Below, piece after piece: positions 28,864 to 38,933 of a DNA stretch of 64,000 nucleotides. The notes beneath the pieces are model-generated. The model worked only from the letters and a program-made list of their open reading frames with translations. It was not told the DNA's origin and made no database searches. A program made the position numbers and the translations under genes. Positions within the stretch are counted from its first letter, which is position 1. Every line of letters begins with the position of its first letter. This stretch comes from Patescibacteria group bacterium (lineage in GTDB: Bacteria; Patescibacteriota; Minisyncoccia; 2-02-FULL-40-12; GWA2-44-9), in contig JBBTTB010000006.1 in NCBI GenBank assembly GCA_038064455.1, positions 5,147 through 69,146 on the forward strand, read 5' to 3'.

Positions 28864-29643
28864 ATGGAAACTGTGGATACACAAAAAGAATGGGGCCTCC
28901 TCGTGCTGACGTTTTTTGTTGCGGGGGCGCTCTGGGGCACGGCGCGTATGTGGTTGGGGCCTACCGTACAAACGCTCTCTGACCCCTTCTTGTGGGGGCC
29001 GGTGCTTATGGTGGGAGTTGTACTCGCGGCGGTTATGAGCGTGAGCTACCTACTTGTTGAAAGTAAGTGGTGGCGGTTTGGTATTTCATGCGCGGCACTT
29101 GCACCGCTTGTTCTCGTGTTACCAGTAAGTGGAGCGTATGTAGCTGCGCTCTGTGCGTCATTGCTCATTATGAGTCTTGGGGCCCGTGATATTTCCATAC
29201 ACGCTGACCACGGGCGTGGTACAGGAAAGATTGTTACGGCGCTCTTTATCGCCGCATCACTTGCATACCTTATGGCTCCTGCGGTGCAAGATCGTGCGAA
29301 CACGGGGATTGTACCCGATAGCGCCATCGGCATGATACAAAAAACTGTTGGAGCTATTGTCGGCTCGGAACTCGATAGGCTCCCATTCTTTCAACGCAAA
29401 GCAGTAGAGGAGCAAATCGCAGAACAAACTATAGCGACGATCAATACACTCTCTGCGCCATTTGCAAAGTATATTCCCGCGGTACTCACTCTTACGCTGT
29501 TCGCAGTGCTTATCAGCGTAAAGCCCATCTTCTCATGGCTTGCAAGAATCACTGGCCTGTTTATTATCTGGCTTATGCAAAAAATGCACATTGTTGAAGT
29601 GCATACAGAGACGATAGAACGGCAGAGATATGCTTTGCGCTAA
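28864..29643 (+). CDS. Hypothetical integral membrane protein
   Basis: About 6 TM segments. Confidence 0.75.
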   Translation: METVDTQKEWGLLVLTFFVAGALWGTARMWLGPTVQTLSDPFLWGPVLMVGVVLAAVMSVSYLLVESKWWRFGISCAALAPLVLVLPVSGAYVAALCASLLIMSLGARDISIHADHGRGTGKIVTALFIAASLAYLMAPAVQDRANTGIVPDSAIGMIQKTVGAIVGSELDRLPFFQRKAVEEQIAEQTIATINTLSAPFAKYIPAVLTLTLFAVLISVKPIFSWLARITGLFIIWLMQKMHIVEVHTETIERQRYALR

Positions 29644-30119
29644 GGCGTTGGCGTTGGAGAGGCTTCTGGTGAGGGGGACGGCGAAGGTGAGGGAGAGAGT
29701 ATGGGGTCTGATACATTGCCAAGCACCGTAATATCACATCGATCAGTGCGCGCGGGGATGATTCCATTCGCAGGATCTCCCGAGATAAGCACTACGGGAT
29801 ACGCGCCCGGAGTTGCGAAGGTGACGGTAAACGATGCGCCGCTCCCCGCCACTGGCGATCCTTGCGGAGCGCGCCATGCATACATGCTCGGGTTGCCTCC
29901 AGAGGCAGTGAGCGTGATGTTCTCACCACTCGTAATAGTTGCGGTAGCGGGAAGGCAGAATGTTTGTGGCGGTGCTTGTGAAATATCAACAGCACTCTGC
30001 GAACCAACTCCACGGAAAAGCTGTACAAAAAATGGACGGTCCTGGAGCCACCATCCAGCGGCAACAATGGCGAGTGTTCCTCCTAGGGCGAGTAGTGTCT
30101 TGCGAAGCGTATGATCCAT
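29640..30119 (-). CDS. Membrane-anchored PKD/Ig-like domain protein with PS/PT tail
   Basis: N-terminal TM; YAW..P.G...F.VTFATPGAY.V. Confidence 0.7.
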   Translation of the reverse strand: MDHTLRKTLLALGGTLAIVAAGWWLQDRPFFVQLFRGVGSQSAVDISQAPPQTFCLPATATITSGENITLTASGGNPSMYAWRAPQGSPVAGSGASFTVTFATPGAYPVVLISGDPANGIIPARTDRCDITVLGNVSDPILSPSPSPSPSPEASPTPTP

Positions 30120-30172
30120 ACCCTATAGTATATGTCTGATCCCCGTATTCCCACAAGGACAATCTATCCACT

Positions 30173-30970
30173 ATGAAAGACCCCTATAGCATTTTGGGCG
30201 TTTCACGCTCTGCATCAGCGGACGAAATCAAAAAAGCATTTCGTTCTTTAGCGCACAAGCTACACCCTGATAAAAAGGGTGGCGATGCAGAAAAATTTAA
30301 AGAAGTAAATGAGGCATACCAAGTGCTCTCTGATACAGAGAAGCGTGCGCAGTATGACCGCTTTGGCTTTGCAGGGCAGGGATCCTATGGCGGCGGGCAA
30401 CAGGGTGGAGGTCACGCTGGTTTTGATGGCACAAACTTCTGGGATTTCTTTGGTGGGGGCGGAGGTCAGCAACAGCAGGCAGGCTTTGGATTTGAAGACG
30501 TGTTTAATATGTTTTCTGGAGCTGGAGCCGCTCCTCGCGGTCCACAGAAAGGAGAAGATATGTATTTTCAGGTGCAAGTAGAGAAAAAGGATCTTGGAAA
30601 AACGCGAACGTTTTCTTTTGAGGGCTTCACTTCATGTGCAACGTGTCACACGAGCGGCGTGAAGCCTGGTTCGCGTATGAAGTCATGCGATACGTGTAAG
30701 GGTTCCGGACAAGTGCGCCAGCAAGTGAGAACGCCCTTTGGTGTATTTGCACAAACAGGTGTGTGTAATGCATGCGAAGGGCAAGGTGAAACGCCAGAAA
30801 AGAAATGCGAATCATGTGACGGCGTTGGCCGTTCGCGTGGTAAGAAAACGATAGAGATTCACATTCCAGAAAAGCTTGAAGGGGACTACGCTATCGCGCT
30901 TCCCGGATTTGGACACGCGGGAACGCGCGGAGCACCTGCGGGAGACGTAGTTATCACCCTCAAGCGCTAA
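30173..30970 (+). CDS. dnaJ: Chaperone DnaJ, C-terminally short
   Basis: J domain with HPD, G/F region, four CxxCxGxG-like repeats. Confidence 0.92.
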   Translation: MKDPYSILGVSRSASADEIKKAFRSLAHKLHPDKKGGDAEKFKEVNEAYQVLSDTEKRAQYDRFGFAGQGSYGGGQQGGGHAGFDGTNFWDFFGGGGGQQQQAGFGFEDVFNMFSGAGAAPRGPQKGEDMYFQVQVEKKDLGKTRTFSFEGFTSCATCHTSGVKPGSRMKSCDTCKGSGQVRQQVRTPFGVFAQTGVCNACEGQGETPEKKCESCDGVGRSRGKKTIEIHIPEKLEGDYAIALPGFGHAGTRGAPAGDVVITLKR

Positions 30971-31005
30971 ACAAAGAGCCATGCGACGTGCTAGACTGCA
31001 CTCGT

Positions 31006-31539
31006 ATGGATGTACTCGAAAAGTTTAACCTCGCGCACATTGGGGCGAATATTCAAGCGCTCACGGGACCACAAGAACTTTTTGGTATCGCGTTGGTGGC
31101 ACTTATTGCGCTGTACGGCATGAGTGTAGGAAAAACACGCGCCATTGTTTCGCTGTTAAGTATTTATATTGCGTTCACGCTTGCTTCCGCTTTTCCTTTT
31201 GTCGGCTTCCTTGAACGTATCCCATGGGTGGCGGCAACTGATGCTGGCATTGTTCGTGCCGGACTTTTTCTCGTTGCGTACATAGGCGCCTTTTTTATCT
31301 TTCAAAGTACGTCACTGCGTTCACGGTTATCTATGGGGGAGATGAAGCTTCCGCATGTACTTTTGATCAGCGTAGCGCAAGTAGGATTCTTGATGAGCAT
31401 TCTCCTTTGGTTTGTGCCATTCACTGCGTTGCCAGATCACATCGCATCACTGCATCCTTATTTTGGAACCCCAGAAGCATTTTTTGTGTGGGCACTCTTG
31501 CCGCTTGGTATCATGCCGTTTGTGCACGGCCATAAATAA
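31006..31539 (+). CDS. Hypothetical membrane protein (CvpA-like)
   Basis: About 5 TMs. Confidence 0.7.
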   Translation: MDVLEKFNLAHIGANIQALTGPQELFGIALVALIALYGMSVGKTRAIVSLLSIYIAFTLASAFPFVGFLERIPWVAATDAGIVRAGLFLVAYIGAFFIFQSTSLRSRLSMGEMKLPHVLLISVAQVGFLMSILLWFVPFTALPDHIASLHPYFGTPEAFFVWALLPLGIMPFVHGHK

Positions 31540-31542
31540 AAC

Positions 31543-31573
31543 AAAACCCACCGTTGTGTTGGTGGGCTCTTTC
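31543..31573. terminator. Terminator between convergent genes
   Basis: aaaacccacc...ggtgggctcttt. Confidence 0.7.
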
Positions 31574-31592
31574 ATGCGTTAGGAGCGTGGTC

Positions 31593-32009
31593 CTAGCGAA
31601 TGAGGTTGGCGGTAAGTTGTACAGTGATGTAGATGCTCATTGGCCCAAAGAGCGCCCCTAGGATGTAGGAGACATCGAACGTGTCTCGTTCGAATGGCTT
31701 GCCGAGAGCCGAGAGTATTTTCTGTGCCCACCGTACCTTTGCTTCTTGCAGTGCGTAGATCGTGATGTAGGTGTTCCACACCACCATTGCCACCAAGATG
31801 GCGGCGAGCGGAGTGAGCACTTCTTGAAGCACGAATGTTTCGGGGCCAAATGTGCGCACCAGCACTGCCAGCAGTGCCCAGGGAGCGATGAACGCACACA
31901 CGCTCACCACACTTCCCATGAGGACGCCACAGGCCATGGATGGCCTCATGCTTCGTTCGGCCGCCTTGTCCTTTTGCGCGAGATCTTCTTTGATGAGAGT
32001 GGGCATCAT
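31593..32009 (-). CDS. Hypothetical membrane protein (orphan)
   Basis: AAGGAGG SD; overlaps the stop of the upstream ORF; 3 TMs. Confidence 0.65.
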   Translation of the reverse strand: MMPTLIKEDLAQKDKAAERSMRPSMACGVLMGSVVSVCAFIAPWALLAVLVRTFGPETFVLQEVLTPLAAILVAMVVWNTYITIYALQEAKVRWAQKILSALGKPFERDTFDVSYILGALFGPMSIYITVQLTANLIR

Positions 32010-32266
32010 TCCTCCTTTTTGTTTTTGAGTCTCGCCGCTCTCTCGTTTGTGAGGAATGTGTCGTAGCTCACAAAAAAGGTCCAGAGAGACCCCAAGAGTC
32101 CAGTGTAGATGATGATGACATCGCCGTGGTCTTTGGGGCCACCAATCTCCATCGAGAGGAAAAGATAGGTGGCTTCGAGCGCGATAAGGACACTACCAAC
32201 CATCCCAAGCCAGCAGCAACGCTTCCACTCGGGGAACGACTTCCAGAGCTTCCAGTAACCTCGCAT
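32006..32266 (-). CDS. Small hypothetical membrane protein (orphan)
   Basis: AAGGAGGTG SD; TGnTATAGT promoter; 2 TMs. Confidence 0.7.
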   Translation of the reverse strand: MRGYWKLWKSFPEWKRCCWLGMVGSVLIALEATYLFLSMEIGGPKDHGDVIIIYTGLLGSLWTFFVSYDTFLTNERAARLKNKKEE

Positions 32267-32321
32267 TGCGGCACCTCCTTAAACTTACTATATCACTTTT
32301 ATAGAAAAAGTACAGAGCTTC

Positions 32322-32894
32322 CTATTTCTTTCCCATGCGTTCAGCATACTGACCGGTTTCAGTGTTTACGCGGATGATGTCTCCTTCTTCGATGAAGAGT
32401 GGTGCGTTAATGGTAGCACCAGTGTCGATTTTTACTTGCTTTACGCCACCTTGTGCCGTATCGCCACGAATAGCTGGGGGAGCTTCCACAACAGTAAAGT
32501 CCATTTTAACCGGGAGTTCTACGTTGATGATCTCTCCATTAAACATGAGTGCATCAAGTACCGTGTTTGCTTTTAAATATTGCACGCCAGTGCCGATAAT
32601 TTCCTGAGCGAGCTGGAAGCGTTGGGAAGAATTGCCCTCTTCAGAAAACCAGTATTGGTCTCGGTGGTTGTAGAGAAAGGTGACTTTCTTGCGTTGTACG
32701 TCAGCTTCATCAAAGACGTCAGACTGTGCAAAGTTGCGTTCGAGCACTTTACCGTTGATGACGTTACGCATACGTGTTTGCACCACAGGGCGACGCTGTT
32801 GCATCTTAAGGTGGTGCGTTTCAAGGACCATATATGGCTGGTCCTCGTAAATGAAATACATCTTCGGTTTTAGGTCGTTGACGCCGAGTGACAT
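32322..32894 (-). CDS. efp: Elongation factor P
   Basis: GDTAQGG.K, PLFIEEGD.IRVNT..G.Y..R. Confidence 0.95.
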   Translation of the reverse strand: MSLGVNDLKPKMYFIYEDQPYMVLETHHLKMQQRRPVVQTRMRNVINGKVLERNFAQSDVFDEADVQRKKVTFLYNHRDQYWFSEEGNSSQRFQLAQEIIGTGVQYLKANTVLDALMFNGEIINVELPVKMDFTVVEAPPAIRGDTAQGGVKQVKIDTGATINAPLFIEEGDIIRVNTETGQYAERMGKK

Positions 32895-32946
32895 AGGAAA
32901 ATAAGGTTATTGTGCCGGACGATTGTACTATATCTTCGTGCTTGTT

Positions 32947-33891
32947 TCAAGGCAAAGAAATATTGGGAAAGAAGGCTTTGTTGCCGTTTAAAAAGAGTGA
33001 TGCGGGAAGCAGTTTGCCACCGGGTTGTTGGAGAGAATCAACGGCGAGCACTCCAGAACCGCACGTAACGAGGAAAGACCCCTGGGCATATGCGTACACA
33101 GTGCCCGGAGCCCCCGTGCCAACGCTCTCTGGGAGTGCGTGGGCACGATGGATGCGCACATCTTCGCCATTCCACGGCGTCCATGCGCCCGGTTCCTGTG
33201 CAAACGCGCGGATATGATTATAAATAGCCTCGCTCGATTGCTCCCATGATATGCGCCCCGTCTCTCGCGTGACCATGTGCGAGAATGTTGCGTGGTCGTG
33301 GTCTTGTGGCTGTTTTTGTGCCGTGCCTTCTTTGATATGCATCAGCGCAATGTGCATGAGCTCTGCGCTTTCTCGTGCGGCACGCTGTAATACATCGGAG
33401 AAGTACTCATCAGGAGCGATAATAAACGGTTCCTGCAAAAGAATGGGGCCATGATCCATTTCTGCATCGATGCGCATAATACTGATAGCGCTTTGAGTGA
33501 CGCCATCTTTTATAGCATATTGCAGTGGCGCGGGACCGCGATACTGCGGAAGCTTGGAAGGATGTGCATTGATGAATCCGTGGCGCGGGATAGAAAGGAG
33601 CGCCTCGGGAATAATCTTGCCATACGCGACAACCACGCAGACATCTGGCTTGAGAGACTCTATAAGCTTTTTTGCTTCAGATGTTTTCAGAGTTGTGGGC
33701 GTATGCGTGGGGATGGCGTGAAGTTCAGCAATAGAAGCAACGGGCGTTGGGGTAAGAATTTTTGATCTCCCCTGGTGTTTTGCGGGTGCTGTAATGACGC
33801 CACATACATCGAACTCTTTCGACTCAATAAGCTTCTGCAGTGTTGGTACGGCAAATGTGGGGGTTCCCCAAAAAAGAACTCTGTAGCTCAT
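32947..33891 (-). CDS. fmt: Methionyl-tRNA formyltransferase
   Basis: FWGTPTFA, VVAYGKIIP, INAHPSKLPQYRGPAP. Confidence 0.96.
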   Translation of the reverse strand: MSYRVLFWGTPTFAVPTLQKLIESKEFDVCGVITAPAKHQGRSKILTPTPVASIAELHAIPTHTPTTLKTSEAKKLIESLKPDVCVVVAYGKIIPEALLSIPRHGFINAHPSKLPQYRGPAPLQYAIKDGVTQSAISIMRIDAEMDHGPILLQEPFIIAPDEYFSDVLQRAARESAELMHIALMHIKEGTAQKQPQDHDHATFSHMVTRETGRISWEQSSEAIYNHIRAFAQEPGAWTPWNGEDVRIHRAHALPESVGTGAPGTVYAYAQGSFLVTCGSGVLAVDSLQQPGGKLLPASLFLNGNKAFFPNISLP

Positions 33892-34361
33892 GATATTTTT
33901 TTCTGCTCTTTTGCGCGATCAGCGATGACGGTGCCATTGAGGTGATCGGTCTCATGCTGTAACACTCGTGCGAGAAAACCACGCGCTCGGAATTTATATT
34001 TTTTTCCATCGGCGTCATACCCTTTAAACATGACTTTTTTTGCACGAAAGATGGGCATGTACGTGTTGGGAATAGAAAGGCAGCCTTCTTCCAAGACATC
34101 CGTTTCTTTTGAGTATTCAGTAATCTCCGGATTCGCAAATGCGTCAGGGATGTTGTGCTCTTTTGCGAGCTCGGCGTCAATAACGAAGAGGCGAAGCTGT
34201 TGTCCCACTTGATTTGCGGCAAGCCCAACGCCATTTGCGGCAAGCATGGCGGTTCGCATGTCTGCAATGAGCTTAGAAAGCTGTGCGCTCCCAAACCAAT
34301 CGTCGGGGACGTCTGGCATTGGGGTCTTTAAGATTTTTTGTGGAATGGTAACGATTTCCAT
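33888..34361 (-). CDS. def: Peptide deformylase
   Basis: GVGLAANQ, EGCLS, QHETDHLNG. Confidence 0.97.
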   Translation of the reverse strand: MEIVTIPQKILKTPMPDVPDDWFGSAQLSKLIADMRTAMLAANGVGLAANQVGQQLRLFVIDAELAKEHNIPDAFANPEITEYSKETDVLEEGCLSIPNTYMPIFRAKKVMFKGYDADGKKYKFRARGFLARVLQHETDHLNGTVIADRAKEQKKIS

Positions 34362-34388
34362 TTCGCACATAGTACCAAGTGCGAAGTC

Positions 34389-36251
34389 TTACAGCAACGC
34401 CTCATCGAGCGATGGCGGGTTCGCAATGATGCGCCACGGTTGTGGTACGTGAGGGGCGATATGCGCAAAATCGTGAACTTCCTTTGTGCGAATCAGTATA
34501 ACGCCCACCGTTTGGGCGCGGTCTCTGAATATGAGTGCGGGCACTGGTGTGCGCACCGTAACGCGTTCTTGGAGCTTATGATGTTGGATTGCCTGCATGA
34601 GGAGCTGGGCACATGTTTTTGCGTGCGTGTGTACGTGTGCTGGCGATGCACCGCGAATAGTGAGAGCAATAAGATGCCATGCGGGAGGATAGCCCGTGAC
34701 TTGGCGAGCTTGAAATTCAGATTCGAGCCACTGCGGCACGTCATACTGTGCGGTAAGCGCTGGGTGATGTGGCGCATACGTTTGTACATGAACACTCTCT
34801 GGCTCCCACGCACGGAGTAGTGCGATCGTTGCGGCGCTTGATTCATCATTCGCAAAATCGGGACGATATGTGAGCGTATCGAACGAAGGAACAATAATGC
34901 GTCGGAATGCTACAGAGTGCTTCCAGCGGAAGAGTTTTGCAGTTGCAACAAGTATGGCATCAGGATGTTCGCGAAGGTGCGCAAGCACGGATTCGGGATG
35001 CGCCGTGGAATCATCAAGCATAAAAATAGGGACATCCGGTGCCAAAAAGGCACTTAGTGAAGCAATTTTTTCTATGCCCGTCGTACCCGTAGCATACAGA
35101 GATACTTTATGGCATCGCGGACAGCGATCAGGCGCTGGGCGAGATTGCGTACAGCGGTAGCACATGAGCTGTGGCGGCTCTGTGGCGCGTGTAATGCGCA
35201 TGGGAATATTGCAGTTGGTGCATGCGGCATATGCACCGCAGAGGCGACAGGTATATAGTGATGCAAAACCTTTTCGTGTTGCATACACAAGTGTGTGACC
35301 GTGGGGATCCACTCGGAACACATCCTCGATGCTTCGCGCATACAAGTTGGCGTGTCCTGCGGCACGTTCAGCCCCCATATCTACAACGTGAAGCGTGTGT
35401 GATCTTTCGAGAAAGTTTTTTGTATCACTGCTTTTTGCCTGTACTAAAGGGAACGTGGTTATCGTTGTATATGTCGCGCCCCATTGTGTAGCGAGCCACT
35501 GCGCGAATGTCGCCGCATGAAGGCGAGGCGAACCTTCGCTCCAATGTCCTATGTGGCGTGGGTCAATCACAATGATGCGCGCGCAATCCATAAACGGCGC
35601 AAGGAGTGCGCTTCGAGTACCTATAATGACGCGCGCGTTTCCGTCAGCGATTGCTTCTCTTGCCGCGGTGAGCGCCTTCGCCCCAAGGTTTTTAGAAATG
35701 ACAACCGGATTATGCGCCGCCAACACTTCTGCATATACGGGGATCCATTCGCTGTCGGGAACGATAATACAGGCCTGCGTCCCTTTCCGTAGCGAAGCGC
35801 ATAGTTTTTGTACTACAGCACGTTCTTCACTCATAGAAGCGATTATTTCTTCTTCCGGCCGTTGTTTTGGTTTTGCTTCGGGAAGGCGAAGGAGTAGCGA
35901 TGTGCGTGGACGAGCTCGTGACAGATCGGGGAAAAGAAGTGTGCACGCAGTCGCGAGAGAAATGCACGCTGTTTGTGCAATCCATGTAGCTACTGCGAGT
36001 GCGCCATCACTCACGATGAGGGCTGGATCGTACGCCGATATGATTTTTTTAGGCGCAAATGAGCCGGAGCGAATGCGCTGGCGGGCTTCAGAGAGCGAAT
36101 GCACCTCAAGAACGATACCGTTGATTGTTCGTCGTGCGAGAGGGACTTTAACGAGCGACCCACGCGGTACTGGCGTGAGCGAGAAATAGGAGAGCGTTTC
36201 TGGCGCCTGGATGGGGATACGCGTAAGGGGGATAATGGTAAGAATAACCAT
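34389..36251 (-). CDS. priA: Primosomal protein N' (PriA) with degenerate helicase motifs
   Basis: N-terminal 3' binding domain, IIGTRSAL, four CxxC pairs, QTY, YPP; adjacent to def-fmt. Confidence 0.8.
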   Translation of the reverse strand: MVILTIIPLTRIPIQAPETLSYFSLTPVPRGSLVKVPLARRTINGIVLEVHSLSEARQRIRSGSFAPKKIISAYDPALIVSDGALAVATWIAQTACISLATACTLLFPDLSRARPRTSLLLRLPEAKPKQRPEEEIIASMSEERAVVQKLCASLRKGTQACIIVPDSEWIPVYAEVLAAHNPVVISKNLGAKALTAAREAIADGNARVIIGTRSALLAPFMDCARIIVIDPRHIGHWSEGSPRLHAATFAQWLATQWGATYTTITTFPLVQAKSSDTKNFLERSHTLHVVDMGAERAAGHANLYARSIEDVFRVDPHGHTLVYATRKGFASLYTCRLCGAYAACTNCNIPMRITRATEPPQLMCYRCTQSRPAPDRCPRCHKVSLYATGTTGIEKIASLSAFLAPDVPIFMLDDSTAHPESVLAHLREHPDAILVATAKLFRWKHSVAFRRIIVPSFDTLTYRPDFANDESSAATIALLRAWEPESVHVQTYAPHHPALTAQYDVPQWLESEFQARQVTGYPPAWHLIALTIRGASPAHVHTHAKTCAQLLMQAIQHHKLQERVTVRTPVPALIFRDRAQTVGVILIRTKEVHDFAHIAPHVPQPWRIIANPPSLDEALL

Positions 36252-36328
36252 TGTTTTACTTAGTGTAGCGCACGCACAGAGGCCCGCAATGGCTTCACAG
36301 GAGAGGGGAATACGGTATACTGATCACT

Positions 36329-37684
36329 ATGGATATCCGCGTTCGCATTGCGCCTTCACCGACGGGCCTTTTACATATCGGAACCGCTCGTACGGCGCTT
36401 TTTAACTGGCTCTTTGCGCGACACGTTGGCGGCGCATTTTTGATACGTATTGAAGATACTGACAAAGAGCGTTCTACAAAAGCGTTCGAAGACGACGTCC
36501 TCAATGGCCTCGCATGGCTTGGTCTCACACCCGATGAAGCTATCGTGCGTCAGTCAGAGCGTACGCACATCTATACGGCCCGCCTAGAGCAGCTTCTCGC
36601 TGAAGGAAGGGCATTCTGGTGCCATCATACAAAAGAAGAACTTAATAGTGAGCGCGCACAACAGACCGAAAGAAAGGAAGCGCTCGTGCACGTGTGTTCT
36701 CATAAACATGAAGCGCGCGGCAAAGAAGTCGGGGAGGTTATTCGTCTTGTAGGTGCTACTGCATCGCGCCCACTCGTTTTCCCTGATGTGATTCGTGGAG
36801 ACATCGCTTCTGATGCGCTTCTTCTCGGCGACATGGCGATCGCAAAGGACGTACACGAGCCCCTCTATAATTTTGCCGTTGTCGTCGATGATGCCGACAT
36901 GCGCATCTCTCATGTGGTTCGTGGTGATGACCATATCTCGAATACGCCAAAACAGATGCTTATTGCAGAGGCGCTCGGTGTTGCGCAACCGTTGTTTGCG
37001 CACGTCCCACTTATTCTAGGCACCGATCGATCTAAAATGTCGAAACGCGATGGTGCAACATCGATCATGGAATACAAAGAGGATTTCCTACCTGAAGCTC
37101 TCGTGAATTTTATTGGCGCGCTTGGGTACACGTATGATGCCGAGCTGCTTTCAAAGGAAGACATGGCGAAGGCATTTGAGCTCTCGCGCGTGCATGCAAG
37201 TGGTGCCGTATTTGATCAAGCGAAATTACACTGGATGAATGCGCAGTATATTCGGAAACTTACTCCAGATACACTTCGTGATCTTGCACATGTTCCTGAA
37301 ATGCCCGATGCGGCATTCCCGTTTGTCAGTGATCGTCTTGATCGTTTACGCGATGTGAGCTCGTTCTCATTCTTCTGGGAAGATCCGCAATACGATGCGA
37401 CGCTCCTTTCGTGGAAAGGCGCACCGCTTGCCGATGCGCAAAAAGCGCTTGGCCGAGCACACGACATGTTGAAAGAGCTCGCCGTGCATGATGCCGCTTC
37501 TGTGCGCGTAGTATTAGAAAATATCGCGGGTGAGTTTGGTGGTCGTGGACCGGTGTTCTGGCCGGTACGCGTCGCGCTATCAGGGAAAGAGAAATCGCCG
37601 GACCCCGCAGATATTGCGGGAGTGATTGGTCGAGATGCCACATTACGTCGCATTGATCACGCGTTGTCGCTCTGCACTGTATAA
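36329..37684 (+). CDS. gltX: Glutamyl-tRNA synthetase
   Basis: RIAPSPTG.LHIGT, RIEDTD, RGDDH..NT.KQ, KMSKR. Confidence 0.97.
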   Translation: MDIRVRIAPSPTGLLHIGTARTALFNWLFARHVGGAFLIRIEDTDKERSTKAFEDDVLNGLAWLGLTPDEAIVRQSERTHIYTARLEQLLAEGRAFWCHHTKEELNSERAQQTERKEALVHVCSHKHEARGKEVGEVIRLVGATASRPLVFPDVIRGDIASDALLLGDMAIAKDVHEPLYNFAVVVDDADMRISHVVRGDDHISNTPKQMLIAEALGVAQPLFAHVPLILGTDRSKMSKRDGATSIMEYKEDFLPEALVNFIGALGYTYDAELLSKEDMAKAFELSRVHASGAVFDQAKLHWMNAQYIRKLTPDTLRDLAHVPEMPDAAFPFVSDRLDRLRDVSSFSFFWEDPQYDATLLSWKGAPLADAQKALGRAHDMLKELAVHDAASVRVVLENIAGEFGGRGPVFWPVRVALSGKEKSPDPADIAGVIGRDATLRRIDHALSLCTV

Positions 37685-37686
37685 CT

Positions 37687-38931
37687 ATGCGTATTTTTAC
37701 TTCAATTCTTTTAGCAACGAGTATCTTCTCCTTCTTTGTGCCCATTGAAGCTTTCGCGGCGGAAGATCCTCGAGTTATTGAATTGCGCCAGCAGATTCAA
37801 GCACTTGAACAGCAGGCGAGTCAGTATAAATCAAACATTGCTGATGAGCGTTCAAAAGCCGATTCTCTCCGAAAAGAAATTAATCTGCTCAATACACAAA
37901 TCCAAAGCATTGAAAATCAACTTGCATTGACGGGTAAAAAAATAGAGCGAACTACGTTTGAAATTCGCGGCGTGGAAGGCACTATCGGAGAAAAAGAAAT
38001 ATCCATATCACGAAAGAAAGAATCAATCGGCCGCCTCGTGTTCGCACTCGACCAACATGATCAAGAAAACATGCTCGAACTTCTCATGAAGAGCTCGAGT
38101 ATGTCTGATTTCTTGCGGCAAGAGCAATATGCAGAAAGTGTCGCGCAAGAACTCCTTAACGTTATTGAAGGGCTTAAGCACGAAAAGGCGGTACTTGAAG
38201 GGGATAGGCAGGAGTTGAAAGTAAAAGAGCGCGAGCTGGAGCAACTAAGCGTCGAACAGCTCAACACAAAACTCTCATTGGGTTCTGCAAAATCTGGTAA
38301 GAATACGTTGCTCACGCGAACGAAGGGTCAAGAAGCCGAGTATCAAAAAATGTTGAAAGAGATTGAAAAGCGACAGGCAGAATTCTTTGCCGACCTTATC
38401 GAACTAGAACAAAAAGTTATTGCGGGAGGTTTCTATAATGTGCGCGTGCAAGCACAAAACGTACCACCAAAAGGAACAAAGATTTTCCAACCGCCGTATC
38501 CAAAAGGGGAGTATGTTATCACCCAGGGCTTTGGGATGACGTCGTATGCACGACGTGGGGCATACGGAGGCAAGCCGCATAGTGGTGTTGACCTTGTTGC
38601 GGGGCATGGCACTCCCGTGCGATCGATCGGTGATGGCGTTATTATTGCGAGCGGTCTTAAAAACCCTGGATGGGGGAATTGGATTGCAGTCAAACATCCG
38701 AACGATCTCGTGAGTGTATATGGTCACATGAGTTCGGTGGTACCGTTTGGCCAGGGTGCCGCAGTGCAGGTGGGAACGGTCATTGGATTTGAAGGTTCAA
38801 CAGGCAACTCAACGGGATCACACCTTCACTTGAGTTTATATAAAGAATTTTTCACGTACACGAACGAAAGCAACGGTATGCTCTACTTTAACTATTTGCA
38901 GGGGACTATTAACGCACTTGATTACATGTAG
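37687..38931 (+). CDS. Secreted coiled-coil M23 peptidase
   Basis: Signal peptide, long coiled coil, HSGVD, YGHM, STGSHLH. Confidence 0.9.
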   Translation: MRIFTSILLATSIFSFFVPIEAFAAEDPRVIELRQQIQALEQQASQYKSNIADERSKADSLRKEINLLNTQIQSIENQLALTGKKIERTTFEIRGVEGTIGEKEISISRKKESIGRLVFALDQHDQENMLELLMKSSSMSDFLRQEQYAESVAQELLNVIEGLKHEKAVLEGDRQELKVKERELEQLSVEQLNTKLSLGSAKSGKNTLLTRTKGQEAEYQKMLKEIEKRQAEFFADLIELEQKVIAGGFYNVRVQAQNVPPKGTKIFQPPYPKGEYVITQGFGMTSYARRGAYGGKPHSGVDLVAGHGTPVRSIGDGVIIASGLKNPGWGNWIAVKHPNDLVSVYGHMSSVVPFGQGAAVQVGTVIGFEGSTGNSTGSHLHLSLYKEFFTYTNESNGMLYFNYLQGTINALDYM

Positions 38932-38933
38932 CC

